Assembly (NCBI GenBank): GCA_963796275.1
Contig: CAWCKY010000001.1
Span: forward strand, 96,001 to 160,000
Source: an uncultured Acidobacteriota bacterium
Lineage (GTDB): Bacteria > Acidobacteriota > Blastocatellia > RBC074
Length of the DNA stretch: 64,000 nucleotides
Direction: 5' to 3'
Positions within the stretch are counted from its first letter, which is position 1; each line of letters begins with the position of its first letter. The notes under the pieces are model-generated. The model was not told where the DNA came from. It ran no database searches and saw nothing but the letters and a program-made list of their open reading frames with translations. Of the stretch, positions 52,080 to 62,623 are shown one piece after another. Position numbers and translations under genes: made by a program.

Positions 52080-55000
52080 ATGACCCACTCAATTTTGGAG
52101 GCGAATCCGGGAGATTTGAGGAATTTGCAAATCAAGATAGAGAGTCGTTTCGGCGTTCTACCGAACTTCTTCCGGCTGGCTCCTAAAAGCCCGGAGGTCA
52201 CGGCGAACCTCTGGGAGTTTGCGCAGTTCGCTTACCTGGATAATCCACTTCCATCGCTATTCAAGGAACGGTTATTCGTCTATCTCTCTCGCTTTTGCAA
52301 AGCGCGCTATAGCGTCGCGCGGCACGTCGGCTTCCTAGTCGGGCTGGGGCATCCCTCAGGCGACAACCAGTGTCCGATCCAGACCATCGAAGAAATCATG
52401 CGACTTCTCCGGCGTCCGTTCCCACGGGCCGAGCGCCTGAAACCGCACGTTTCTGGTCTCGCCGCCCGTAAGGCACCTCTGGCTAAATTGCCGAAGCCTG
52501 ATTCCGCCCTTGAAGAGACTATCTTTGCGTGCGCCGCTCATGTCTTCTTGCAGACACCAGACGCGCCCCGATGCCTCGACGCGATCAATCGCGCCTTTGG
52601 CGAATCGCGGTTCGAATACCTGATGACGTTTCTCGCATTCGTCCATACCGCCCATTACTGGACCTCGGTTCATACGGAATTGGAAGTTGAAGAGGACATC
52701 CAGCGGCTTTTGGCGACCTACGAAGCACTAGCCGAATGTCTGCTGAACGACCCGGAGTCCGGGACTTGTGAAATCAGTCAGAAGCTGCTCGACGAGTTGG
52801 CGTCACTGCGGGAGACCAGGGAGCGCCACAATGAATTATTGCAAGCGCATCAGACAGTACGCGAGAGCGAGGTGCAGGGCCGACGAACCAATGCGGAACT
52901 CGCCGGGCGTGTGGCTGAACTTCAAGAGCTCACTGTTGAACTACAGAATGCGCGCCGAGCCGCGCTCAATCTGATGGAAGACGCGATCCAGGCGAAAGCT
53001 GCGTTGGCGGAGTCCGAGGAGCGTTATCGCTCGCTGGTCTCTGTCATCACTGACGTCTCCTGGACGACCGATGTGGCAGGCCGGTTCGCCACGCCGCAGC
53101 CCGCGTGGACGGCTTACACAGGTCAGATCTGGAATGAATTGCGGGACTTCGGCTGGGTCGACGCCCTGCATCCCGAAGACCGAGAGAACGTCGGGGTCAC
53201 ATGGCTGCACGCCGTCAAATCACGATCCCTTTACAAATCACATGGACGGCTCTGGCACGCGCCGAGCCAGCAGTACCGCTACTTCGAGGCGCGGGCGACG
53301 CCGTTGTTCGACCCCGACGGCGGCGTGCGAGAATGGGTCGGCTCCTGCACGGATATTCACGACCGCAAAATGGCCGAAACGGCGTTGAGTGAAAGCGAGG
53401 AACGGTATCGGCGCCTGCTGGACAAACTGCCGGTTGGGGCCTATACCTGCGATGCCGATGGATCGATAACATATTTCAATCAGCGTGCGGTCGAAGTGTG
53501 GGGGCGCACCCCGAAATTGAATGACCCCGTGGAACGTTTCTGCGGCTCATATAGGCTTTATTCGCCTGACGGAGCGCTGATTCCCCACGATCGATGTTGG
53601 ATGGCGGTCGCGATTAAGGAGAAAAAGGTATACGAGGGACATGAGATCGTGATCGAGCGTCCGGACGGCTCCCGGCTGACAGTCCTGGTCCATGTCAACC
53701 CGTTTTACAATGAGGCTGGGAAATTGCTCGGAGCGATTAACATATTGGTGGACATCACCGACCGCAAGCGAGCCGAAGCAGCGATGGCTCAAATGGCGGC
53801 CATCGTCGAATCGTCAGATGACGCCATCATTAGCAAGGATTTGAATGGAATCATTGCGAGCTGGAACAAAGGTGCGGAAAAGCTGTTTGGTTACACGGCG
53901 GCGGAAGTCATCGGCAAACCGGTGACAATTCTTATTCCTCAGGATCGGGTGGACGAAGAGCCGCGAATTCTCGAACGGCTCACGCGCGGCGAGCAGGTTG
54001 ATCAGTACGAAACCGTGCGACGGCGCAAAGATGATAGCGAGGTTGACATTTCGCTGACGATCTCACCCATTAGAGACAAGACAGGAAAAGTTATCGCCGC
54101 GTCGAAAATTGCGCGCGACATCACCGAACGCAAGCGCAGCGAGATCGAAAGAGAAGAACTGTTGCTCAAGGAATCGGCGGCCCGCGCCGAGGCGGAAGCC
54201 GCAAATCGCAGTAAAGATGAATTCCTGGCCGTCGTCTCGCATGAGTTACGCTCGCCCCTGGGCGCGATCCTCGGTTACAACAGTATGCTGCGCGAGAAAC
54301 CGTCCGACAAGACGCAACTGAATTCATACTGCGACATCATTGAGCGCAACGCCAAAACGCAACTGCAATTGATCGAAGACCTGCTCGATACTGCCCGCAT
54401 CGTCAGCGGCAAGCTGCGGCTGGAATTGCGCCCCCTGGACATCACCCCCCTGCTCGCCGACGCGCTCGATGTGGTGCGCCCGGCGATAGAGGTCAAAGGT
54501 GTCAAATTGCGGATTCGGGAGGGCGGAGTAGAGAATGAAAATGGCGCGACGCGGGAAGAACCCGCAATCTTGTTGGGTGATGCCGCCCGGTTACAGCAGA
54601 TCATCTGGAACCTGCTCTCGAATGCGATTAAGTTCACGCCCGCCGGCGGGTTTGTCGAATTGCGTGCCGAACGCGGCGAAGGACATATCCGCATCATCGT
54701 CAGCGACACCGGCAAAGGCATACAGCCGGAAGTCCTGCCTCATGTATTCGACCGCTTCCGACAGGCCGATTCATCAAGCTCGCGGCGGTACGACGGCCTT
54801 GGTCTGGGTCTCGCGCTGGTGAAGGACTTGGTCGAACTGCATGGCGGTAAGGTCGAGGCGGCGAGCGAAGGCGCAGGACGTGGCTCGAGGTTCACCGTCA
54901 CACTGCCGTTGGCGGCACCAAGCGAATTGGGCGCTGTGGAGCCTAAGGCCCTGGCATTGGCCGTTGGCGCAAATGGCGAGGCGCAGATCCGAGGCGGGAT

Positions 55001-55457
55001 CCCATTGCCTGATGGGGTAACGATCGCGGGCTTGCGCGTGCTGATGGTAGATGATCAGGAAGAGGCGCGCGTCATGGTCGCCGATTTTCTGAGCCGGTAC
55101 GGCGCCGTCGTGACGACTGCATCGTCCGGCGCTGAAGCATTGTCGGTTCTCTCGAATATGACGGATGACGCGCGACCGGACGTCCTTGTGTGCGACATCG
55201 CCATGCCAATGGAAGACGGCTACACGGCGCTGCGCCGGTTGCGGGCGCTCGAAGATGCTCGCGGCGTCGCGGCGTCACAGCATATTCCGGCGATTGCGCT
55301 GACTGCGTTGGCAGGGAAGGAAGAGCGGTTGCGCGTGCTGAGCGCGGGCTTCCAATGCCACATCGCCAAGCCGGTTGATCCGGTCGATTTGATAGTAAGA
55401 ATCGCGAACATCGCGGGCCTATGGCGGCGGAAAAGAAATATTAGCCGCGGCAGTTGA
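52080..55457 (+). CDS. Hybrid sensor histidine kinase: AhpD/CMD-like N-domain, 3 PAS, HisKA, HATPase, receiver
   Basis: SHELRSPL, NLLSNAIKFT, DTGKGI, GLGLGL, VCDIAMP. Confidence 0.93.
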   Translation: MTHSILEANPGDLRNLQIKIESRFGVLPNFFRLAPKSPEVTANLWEFAQFAYLDNPLPSLFKERLFVYLSRFCKARYSVARHVGFLVGLGHPSGDNQCPIQTIEEIMRLLRRPFPRAERLKPHVSGLAARKAPLAKLPKPDSALEETIFACAAHVFLQTPDAPRCLDAINRAFGESRFEYLMTFLAFVHTAHYWTSVHTELEVEEDIQRLLATYEALAECLLNDPESGTCEISQKLLDELASLRETRERHNELLQAHQTVRESEVQGRRTNAELAGRVAELQELTVELQNARRAALNLMEDAIQAKAALAESEERYRSLVSVITDVSWTTDVAGRFATPQPAWTAYTGQIWNELRDFGWVDALHPEDRENVGVTWLHAVKSRSLYKSHGRLWHAPSQQYRYFEARATPLFDPDGGVREWVGSCTDIHDRKMAETALSESEERYRRLLDKLPVGAYTCDADGSITYFNQRAVEVWGRTPKLNDPVERFCGSYRLYSPDGALIPHDRCWMAVAIKEKKVYEGHEIVIERPDGSRLTVLVHVNPFYNEAGKLLGAINILVDITDRKRAEAAMAQMAAIVESSDDAIISKDLNGIIASWNKGAEKLFGYTAAEVIGKPVTILIPQDRVDEEPRILERLTRGEQVDQYETVRRRKDDSEVDISLTISPIRDKTGKVIAASKIARDITERKRSEIEREELLLKESAARAEAEAANRSKDEFLAVVSHELRSPLGAILGYNSMLREKPSDKTQLNSYCDIIERNAKTQLQLIEDLLDTARIVSGKLRLELRPLDITPLLADALDVVRPAIEVKGVKLRIREGGVENENGATREEPAILLGDAARLQQIIWNLLSNAIKFTPAGGFVELRAERGEGHIRIIVSDTGKGIQPEVLPHVFDRFRQADSSSSRRYDGLGLGLALVKDLVELHGGKVEAASEGAGRGSRFTVTLPLAAPSELGAVEPKALALAVGANGEAQIRGGIPLPDGVTIAGLRVLMVDDQEEARVMVADFLSRYGAVVTTASSGAEALSVLSNMTDDARPDVLVCDIAMPMEDGYTALRRLRALEDARGVAASQHIPAIALTALAGKEERLRVLSAGFQCHIAKPVDPVDLIVRIANIAGLWRRKRNISRGS

Positions 55458-55549
55458 TGCCGTTGATCAGTGAATGGAACCAAACTTGGCAGGCGATCAC
55501 GTTCGCTTTCAGATTTGAGCATTACCAAAAATAATTGGGCATTGTGTCT

Positions 55550-56070
55550 ATGGTGGAACGACCATAAGAGAAGGGCTGACCAAAACTGATGGTTTGGTGA
55601 AGGTAAGTTGGGACCCGATTACCCGAATCATCGGCAGCCTGGGCATCTATACCAAGATCGATTTTAAGAACAAACGGGTCGCCGAGTATTACACCACATC
55701 TTCAATTTTCCGCGGCTATAGCGTCTTCATGAGTAACGAAGACCCGTGCGCCGCCACTTCATCACCCGCGGCACCTGGGCGACAAGCACGCGACTTGCTC
55801 CTTCTACGCGCAGAACATGGCTCTTGGAGTGATACTGCCCGATCTGGGAGGTCGGATTATCAACCTCGGCGTGCTGGATAAAGCTGAGAAGACAATGATC
55901 CGGGCGGCAAAGTCCACGTTTACCGCACGATCGCCTACATTATGCGCACGCTCAACCCGTTCAGGGGGGAATTTTATCGCGAGGCACTGGAAATGAGCCG
56001 GCTGACTCGTGAGATGTACTGTCTGATGGAAACCCGGCACGCGCCCCCCTTCGACCCTATATCCGGCGAC
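55550..56070 (+). pseudogene. hhyL: Remnant of a group 1h [NiFe]-hydrogenase large subunit
   Basis: VSWDPITRIIGSLGIYTKIDF...TSSIFRGYSVFM and IMRTLNPFRGEFYREALEMSRLTREMYCLME; internal deletion and frameshifts. Confidence 0.75.
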
Positions 56071-56238
56071 GTATGGCAGATAAAGAAGCCTGTCGAATTA
56101 GAGAAACTAATCGTCGTCTTCGCAAAATCTCGCTAGCCGAACCGAGAAGGATTGAGTGGGGGTAACCAAGCTACGGTAAGAATTTGAATAGAATCATTTC
56201 TCAAACCTCTCTATAACGGAGATCCATTAATCTGATGG

Positions 56239-56266
56239 GCCTTTCAGCGTGATTGCGCTGAAAGGC
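56239..56266. other. 11-bp stem hairpin upstream of the CheB/CheR gene
   Basis: GCCTTTCAGCG-TGATTG-CGCTGAAAGGC. Confidence 0.5.
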
Positions 56267-56335
56267 TTGACTCGCGAATACAAGTTACCCAAAACGCTAA
56301 AGAATGCTCTATCAAAGCTAGAGTAGAGGAACGAC

Positions 56336-59300
56336 ATGTCCCGCAAGAAATCAACTCCAGTCACACCTCCCGCGGCAGCAACTAAACGCGCTAGTCAGGC
56401 AAAGGCGGATTCGCCTATTGAAGAAAAGAGCGATCAGGTGAACGCAGATCCCAGGAAATCAGCTCGCCGGCGCAAACCTGACTCCATCGTCGTGGAAAAG
56501 CGTGACGAGGAACGACAGGCTGACTACAAATCTTTCCCGGTAGTCGGGATTGGCGCTTCCGCCGGCGGCCTCGAAGCCTTCAGACAGTTACTCAAGCATC
56601 TTCCCGTCGATACTGGAATGGCTTTCGTGCTGGTGCAACACCTCGACCCGACACATGAAAGTATTCTGACAGAACTGCTTTCCCGATGTACCCGGATGGC
56701 TGTGAGCGAAGTCAGGGACGGCATGGGTGTCGAGCCCGATCATCTTTATATCATTCCGCCCAATACCAACATGGCAATTGCCGAGGGCGTGTTGCGCCTT
56801 CTGCCCCGCGAAGAAGCGCGTTTGCGACATCGTCCGATCGATTATTTCCTGCGCACGCTAGCCGAAGACCAAGGCCATCGAGCCATCGGAGTAATTTTAT
56901 CCGGGACGGCTTCCGATGGCACCCCAGGCTTGGAAGCGATCAAAGCCGAGGGCGGGATCACCTTCGCGCAGGATCCCAAATCGGCCGGGTACGACGGCAT
57001 GCCGCATAGCGCCATCGCAGCCGGTCACGTGGATTTCATTCTTACTCCCGAAGGCATTGCCACAGAGCTGGCGCGGATCAGCCGTCACCCTTATGTAGTT
57101 CCTACGGCCACCATTACATCCGTTGGAGAAGAAATTCCACCCACAGGCCAGAATGGCTTCCGAAAAATACTGACCTTGCTACGGAGGACTAAAGGAGTTG
57201 ACTTCACCGATTACAAAGCCAACACCCTGCACCGGCGCATCACGCGACGTATGGTGTTAAATAAGCTGGATAGCATGGAGGATTATGCCCGTTTCCTGCG
57301 CGAGAACGTGGCGGAAGTCGAAGCGCTCTATCACGACATCCTGATCAACGTGACCTCTTTTTTTCGCAACCCGGAAACCTTCGAAGTCTTGAAAGAAAGA
57401 ATCTTTCCGCACATCGTCAAGTATCAAGTTCCGAATGAGCCGGTCAGAATCTGGTCGCTGGGGTGCTCGACCGGCGAGGAAGCCTATTCCATCGCCATGT
57501 CATTCGTAGAATTTGCGGGAGATCAGACGGAGCACATTCCTATCCAGATTTTCGCCACCGACCTCAACGACAGAAGTATCGATAAAGCGCGCGCGGGTCT
57601 CTACTCGAAGGAGATCGCGGAGCATGTCTCGCCGGAGCGCTTGCGGCGTTTCTTCATGGAAGCGGAAGGCGGCTACCGGATCAGCAAGCCGATCCGTGAC
57701 ATGGTGGTATTCGCGTGGCAGAACGTTCTCGCCGACCCGCCTTTCTCGCACTTGGATTTAATCAGTTGCCGCAATCTGCTGATCTACCTTGAGCCGGTAT
57801 TGCAAAAGCGGGTGCTGCCGACACTTCACTACGCCCTCAAGCCGACTGGCATTCTCTGGCTCGGCTCCTCGGAGACAGTGGGTTCGGCCTCCGATTTGTT
57901 TACTCCAGAGGACAAGAAGCACCGTTTCTACGTCAAGAAATTAACATCGTCCCGCATGCGCTTTCGCCCCGCGCCAGGCGATATCAGGCCTGACAGGGCC
58001 GACTTTGGCCAGAAAAAGCTAAACCCTATGACCGAGCCTGCTCTGGGTGGGCGCGACGCGGAGAAGGAGGCAGACCGGATTCTACTGGCTCGCTACTCTC
58101 CTCCAAGCGTCCTCATCAACGCCGATATGGATATCCTACAATTTCGCGGTTCGACCGGACCCTATCTCGAGGCTCCGGCCGGCAAGCCGACACTCAACCT
58201 TCTGAAGATGACCCGCGAGGGGTTAATGCTGCCATTGCGTGCGGCAATCCAAAAGGCAAAGAAGGATGATACGATCGTCAAAAAGGAGGGCGTACGGATC
58301 AAGTATGGCGCCGAATTCCATCAGATCAATCTGGAAGTGATTCCGACCAAGGGCCTCCCGGCGAATGAACGCTGCTTTCTCGTGTTGTTCGAGCAGACCC
58401 CGACCCCGAATCTGGGACAAGAGGCTAAGCCACCCGAAGCGAAAGCCGGCCGGGCAAACCGCGAGACAGATCGTCAGTCGGCGCGCTTACAGGAGGAGCT
58501 GGCTGCCACACGCGAATATATACAATCGCTCGACGAGCAGCATGAGGCCGCCAATGAAGAGCTCCAATCCGCCAACGAGGAAATCCAGTCGAGCAACGAG
58601 GAATTGCAGAGCATCAATGAAGAACTGGAGACCGCCAAAGAAGAGCTTGAATCCAGTAACGAAGAGCTGGCGACAGTCAACGACGAGCTGCGCAACCGGA
58701 ATCTGGAATTGACTGCGCTCAATGACGACCTGAACAATCTGCTCGGCAGCGTCAACATACCCATTCTGATGCTGGGCAGTGACCTGCGCATTCGGCGCTT
58801 CACGCCGCAGGCGGAAAAAGTTCTGACCCTGATCTCGACCGATTTGGGGCGGTCCATTGGGGACATCAAGCTCAAGATCAATATCCCTGATTTGGATGCG
58901 TTGATTGTCGAGGCGATCTCGACCGTGAGCGCACAGGAGCGAGAGATTCAGGACACGCAGGGACATTGGTATGCGATGCGCGTGCGGCCCTACAAGACCC
59001 TGAACAATAAGATTGACGGCGCGGTTATCGTGCTGATAGACATCGACGCACTCAAACGAGACGAGGTGGAGATCAAAGAATCGCGCGATTACGCCGAAGC
59101 GATCATCGGCACTACGCCCATCCCGCTTGTGGTTATGAACGCCGACCTGCGCATTCGCACGGCCAATGACGCCTTCTATAACACTTTCAAAGTCTCTCCG
59201 AGAGAATCGGAAAGCCGCCTGATTTATGATTTAGGCAATGGCCAATGGAATATCCCCAGGCTGCGTGAACTGCTCAATGATATTCTTCCCGGAAATACTT

Positions 59301-60019
59301 TCTTCAACGACTTCGAAGTCACGCACGACTTTGAAGTAATCGGCCGCCGCACTATGCTGCTCAACGCTCGCGTGCTAAACGGTCCTAACGGGGAGCCCCT
59401 TAGGATTCTCCTGGGTATTCAAGATATCACCGAACTGTTACGCTCCCAATCGGCAGTGCGGCGCTCGGAGATTCGCTACCGGCGACTCTTCGAAGCAGCC
59501 CAGGACGGCGTGTTACTTATCGACCCGAAAACGCGAACAATTCTCGACGCCAATCCCTTCATGACCGAGTTGCTGGGTTACACGCTCGACGAGTTGCCGG
59601 GCAAGGAACTGTTTGAGATCGGACTCTTGAAAGATGAAACGGCTAGCCGCCTCGCATTCCGGGAATTGCAGGAAGGGGGCTTCCTTCGCTACGACGATTT
59701 GACGATGCAAACCAAAACGGGCCAGCGCCGCGATGTCGAGATGATCTGCAATCTTTACGATGAGGTCGGAGAAAAAATCATCCAGTGCAACATCCGCGAC
59801 ATCACCGAACGGAAGCGGGCCGAGGAAGCGTTGCGGGAGAACCACGCCCAACTTCAGTCGCATGCGGAGGAGTTGGCTCGTTTCAATAGCGCCGCGGTCG
59901 GGCGCGAGTTGCGCATGATTGAATTGAAGAAAGAGATCAACGAACTTTACCGACAACTAGGGCATGCCGCGCGATACCCACTCGAATTCGAGGAGGAGGA
60001 AAAGGACACCCATGGCTAG
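56336..60019 (+). CDS. CheB methylesterase-CheR methyltransferase-PAS fusion protein (no kinase domain)
   Basis: GIGASAGG, VQHLDP, LSGTASDG; INVTSFFR, GCSTGEEAYS, CRNLLIY; EELQS coiled coil; three PAS domains. Confidence 0.93.
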   Translation: MSRKKSTPVTPPAAATKRASQAKADSPIEEKSDQVNADPRKSARRRKPDSIVVEKRDEERQADYKSFPVVGIGASAGGLEAFRQLLKHLPVDTGMAFVLVQHLDPTHESILTELLSRCTRMAVSEVRDGMGVEPDHLYIIPPNTNMAIAEGVLRLLPREEARLRHRPIDYFLRTLAEDQGHRAIGVILSGTASDGTPGLEAIKAEGGITFAQDPKSAGYDGMPHSAIAAGHVDFILTPEGIATELARISRHPYVVPTATITSVGEEIPPTGQNGFRKILTLLRRTKGVDFTDYKANTLHRRITRRMVLNKLDSMEDYARFLRENVAEVEALYHDILINVTSFFRNPETFEVLKERIFPHIVKYQVPNEPVRIWSLGCSTGEEAYSIAMSFVEFAGDQTEHIPIQIFATDLNDRSIDKARAGLYSKEIAEHVSPERLRRFFMEAEGGYRISKPIRDMVVFAWQNVLADPPFSHLDLISCRNLLIYLEPVLQKRVLPTLHYALKPTGILWLGSSETVGSASDLFTPEDKKHRFYVKKLTSSRMRFRPAPGDIRPDRADFGQKKLNPMTEPALGGRDAEKEADRILLARYSPPSVLINADMDILQFRGSTGPYLEAPAGKPTLNLLKMTREGLMLPLRAAIQKAKKDDTIVKKEGVRIKYGAEFHQINLEVIPTKGLPANERCFLVLFEQTPTPNLGQEAKPPEAKAGRANRETDRQSARLQEELAATREYIQSLDEQHEAANEELQSANEEIQSSNEELQSINEELETAKEELESSNEELATVNDELRNRNLELTALNDDLNNLLGSVNIPILMLGSDLRIRRFTPQAEKVLTLISTDLGRSIGDIKLKINIPDLDALIVEAISTVSAQEREIQDTQGHWYAMRVRPYKTLNNKIDGAVIVLIDIDALKRDEVEIKESRDYAEAIIGTTPIPLVVMNADLRIRTANDAFYNTFKVSPRESESRLIYDLGNGQWNIPRLRELLNDILPGNTFFNDFEVTHDFEVIGRRTMLLNARVLNGPNGEPLRILLGIQDITELLRSQSAVRRSEIRYRRLFEAAQDGVLLIDPKTRTILDANPFMTELLGYTLDELPGKELFEIGLLKDETASRLAFRELQEGGFLRYDDLTMQTKTGQRRDVEMICNLYDEVGEKIIQCNIRDITERKRAEEALRENHAQLQSHAEELARFNSAAVGRELRMIELKKEINELYRQLGHAARYPLEFEEEEKDTHG

Positions 60020-60289
60020 AAAACGCTCAACTGCACAGGGAAAGTGAGCCCGGCACACGCGAGACACGCGTAATGATATGGCCTTTTGAGCAGATTCTTT
60101 TCTGTTATTCGCTACTGAGAACTGTCGGTAGAGAGAGTATGAGAGTCCTCGATGCCCAACAAGCGGAAACCACCCGGAAGGCGGTCAGGCTGTTGCCTAA
60201 TCGAATCCCTGAAGGTGGGTCCTTGAGTTTTTAGCGTTCCCACTGCCAAGCACAAGACTATCTGCCAGGAACTGCGGAGATGAAAAGGC

Positions 60290-60464
60290 TCAACAATGCG
60301 GATGGCTGAAAGACAATTACGGTCTTTCCTGGCAGATCGTTCCCGCGGAGCTGGACGAACTGTTGGGCGATTATAAATCCGAAAAATCGCAGCGGGCTTT
60401 TAAGGCGATGCTTCAGATGAAGAAACTCGACATAGCGAAAATCAAACAGGCTTATAACGGATAG
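60290..60464 (+). pseudogene. VOC/PhnB-family C-terminal fragment
   Basis: QQCGWLKDNYGLSWQIVP...AMLQMKKLDIAKIKQAY. Confidence 0.75.
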
Positions 60465-60608
60465 CTTGTTGCGAGCCGATCCTGGCTAAATCGAATCACA
60501 GAAGATTGGGACAGATGAATCACGGATTGTCATGGATAAAAATCCGTGATAATCCGTTGTGTCCAGCTGTGGTCACTCAGGCCAGCGGCTTGCGCTGGCG
60601 TCTTGCCC

Positions 60609-60821
60609 TCAATTTGCCGTTCCCGACACAAATTGTAATAGGTTCGCAATGGTCAGGGCCTCCTCTCGGAGCCTGACGTCATCGTGGTGGCGCCGCAAGA
60701 GAAGATCAACCAACACGCCCCCGACAGTCAATGCGGCGATCGCTTCCGCGTTTGGCACAAGCCTGGCGGCACAACCCGACACCGCCACAAATTCGCCGCT
60801 GCCGATCTCGCTCGATGGCAT
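60609..60821 (-). CDS. Small hypothetical membrane protein or fragment
   Basis: ORF 4 bp after the GlsB-like gene, one hydrophobic segment. Confidence 0.3.
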   Translation of the reverse strand: MPSSEIGSGEFVAVSGCAARLVPNAEAIAALTVGGVLVDLLLRRHHDDVRLREEALTIANLLQFVSGTAN

Positions 60822-60824
60822 GAC

Positions 60825-61109
60825 CTAAACATATGGCGCCTGTTTATCAGTTCCCAGGATTGCGACGAATAATGCCGCTCCGATAATTGCCCAGAAAATC
60901 GGGAAGTTTGTGCGACCGCTTAGCAATGTGTAGATTTCAGGTAAGTTGAATTGTTTAGCGACCCAGGTTCCAAGAGAGGCGCCGATGAAGCCGAGCGTCA
61001 TTGAGGTTATCAACCCTTCGCGCGAATATCCTGCCAGCCACTGTCCGATTGCACCCATATAGCAGGCGACGATCAGTAGCAGGATTAAACTTTCCAAGGT
61101 GATGTTCAT
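60825..61109 (-). CDS. GlsB/YeaQ/YmgE stress-response membrane protein
   Basis: GAIGQWLAG, LGFIGASLG, FPIFWAIIGAALFV. Confidence 0.85.
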   Translation of the reverse strand: MNITLESLILLLIVACYMGAIGQWLAGYSREGLITSMTLGFIGASLGTWVAKQFNLPEIYTLLSGRTNFPIFWAIIGAALFVAILGTDKQAPYV

Positions 61110-61416
61110 GATTATCCCACGTCCATACTGCTCTTCCAGGTTAATGTTTTGCCAACATTTGATTCAACTGTAAGTATGTCCGTGTTTACTGGGGAAGAGG
61201 ATCACTACGCTAACTCATTCCTGGGAAGGAGTGGGATACCATCTTTGATAGATTGGATCCCACTCCTATGTACGGGGTTGCACCACTTCCCACACCAGCC
61301 TCTGGATATCTCCAGCATCCTATTCCTCCGTACATTATCTCTGTGTTGCTTAATACCTTTGGTTACCGTGCTAAGAGCAGACTCCTGACATGCTAATGGG
61401 ACCGCCACGTGCCCGC

Positions 61417-61566
61417 TTAACTCGCCTCTCGACGATTGGTGATCAACTTGTAGATCAACACCACCGCTGCAATCACAAGCAGCCCCTGAACCAATGAGCC
61501 CCCGACGCCGCCGACCACACTCAACAACCAAAGAGCGAGAAAAATAAGGAAGATTGTCCAAACCAT
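61417..61566 (-). CDS. lmo0937-family small membrane protein, paralog 2
   Basis: MVWTIFLIFLALWLLSVVGGVGGSLVQGLLVIAAVVLIYKLITNRREAS. Confidence 0.8.
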   Translation of the reverse strand: MVWTIFLIFLALWLLSVVGGVGGSLVQGLLVIAAVVLIYKLITNRREAS

Positions 61567-61600
61567 ACTTTCCCACCAATTTAGGCGCTCACCCGCATCA

Positions 61601-61673
61601 TTAATCAATGAGCTTCGTTTCTTTGATGATAAGAAAATGCTCTTCGCTCGTCTCAATCAGCCCCAGGTTCCGA
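61601..61673 (-). pseudogene. 3' end of another Crp/Fnr paralog
   Basis: RNLGLIETSEEHFLIIKETKLID*. Confidence 0.7.
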
Positions 61674-61837
61674 TAACGGCAAGTTGAGCTTCTAGAACTG
61701 CAACATTCTCATTTAGTTCTCCGCCCCTGCGGTGGGGCGATAGCGGGTTTTGCTCAATCTCATCGTTGGGCACTTATCACGCTCCTTCTAAATTCTTAAA
61801 TCTCACACTGATGATCAGACAGCCCAGAATAAATTGC

Positions 61838-61853
61838 TGTCCAATAATGGACA
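61838..61853. promoter_or_regulatory. TGTCC-N6-GGACA box, copy 5
   Basis: TGTCCAATAATGGACA; minus-strand GATCAT at 61816-61811. Confidence 0.6.
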
Positions 61854-61885
61854 AAATAAAAGAAAGTCGGTACACCCGAGGCCGA

Positions 61886-62380
61886 CTATTCGTGGGTTTG
61901 CGGCTCTTTATGAACGGCAGGGGCCAAGGTTCGTGTCGTGTGATCGACGCTCGGCTTTGCTTCAAGATGACTTGCGGAGGCCAATGCAGCCGGCTCCGGT
62001 TGTGGCAGTATCGCCGGTTGAGAGATAGAAGAGCGATGATATCTCTTTGCCTGCCACATAGGTGAAATCACTCCATAGGCCGTTATCAGGATTCCGGCCA
62101 GTATTAACAGACCACCGACCAGGACGATCCAATCATGATGGAAGAACATGTTATCCGTGACCAGCAGGGCCATACCGATGATGAAGGAGACAATCCCTGA
62201 GAACAGCACCATAGGCATTCGGTGTAACTTATTTGCAGCGCTCTCAACCGGCAATAGAGTGGGATCAATCGCGGAGAGATGTTTAGCGGCCAGCTGAGAA
62301 ATCCCCTGCAACTCCATGCCACAAAATCGGCAGAAATTTTGATTCATTGAAGCTTTTGTTCCACAAGCAGGACAATGCAT
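61886..62380 (-). CDS. Zinc-ribbon domain membrane protein, paralog 2
   Basis: MHCPACG...FCRFCG; close paralog of 7856..8335. Confidence 0.85.
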   Translation of the reverse strand: MHCPACGTKASMNQNFCRFCGMELQGISQLAAKHLSAIDPTLLPVESAANKLHRMPMVLFSGIVSFIIGMALLVTDNMFFHHDWIVLVGGLLILAGILITAYGVISPMWQAKRYHRSSISQPAILPQPEPAALASASHLEAKPSVDHTTRTLAPAVHKEPQTHE

Positions 62381-62547
62381 GACGATCTCCCAAACTCATT
62401 CACATAATAATAAGGAGCGCGAGAACAGCGATGAGGCCCGTAAAGATAAGGCTAAACTGAAAAGTTCCGACGCGTGTTTTCATAAAGAGCCTGTACTTTT
62501 TGTATATGCCGCGTGTGATAAGAATCGGCTAGCCCGAGATAAATTGT

Positions 62548-62563
62548 TGTTCAGTATTGGACA
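62548..62563. promoter_or_regulatory. TGTCC-N6-GGACA box, copy 6
   Basis: TGTTCAGTATTGGACA; minus-strand GATTCT at 62526-62521. Confidence 0.55.
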
Positions 62564-62623
62564 AGGTTGAGAATAAATATTGTGAGGCTGGTAGATATGC
62601 ACAGCAGCACCATGCGATCTGAG

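Noticed and set aside
60505-60577. CACGGAT...ATCCGTG hairpin as an ncRNA
   Set aside because: Short, degenerate and single copy here; more likely a decayed intergenic repeat
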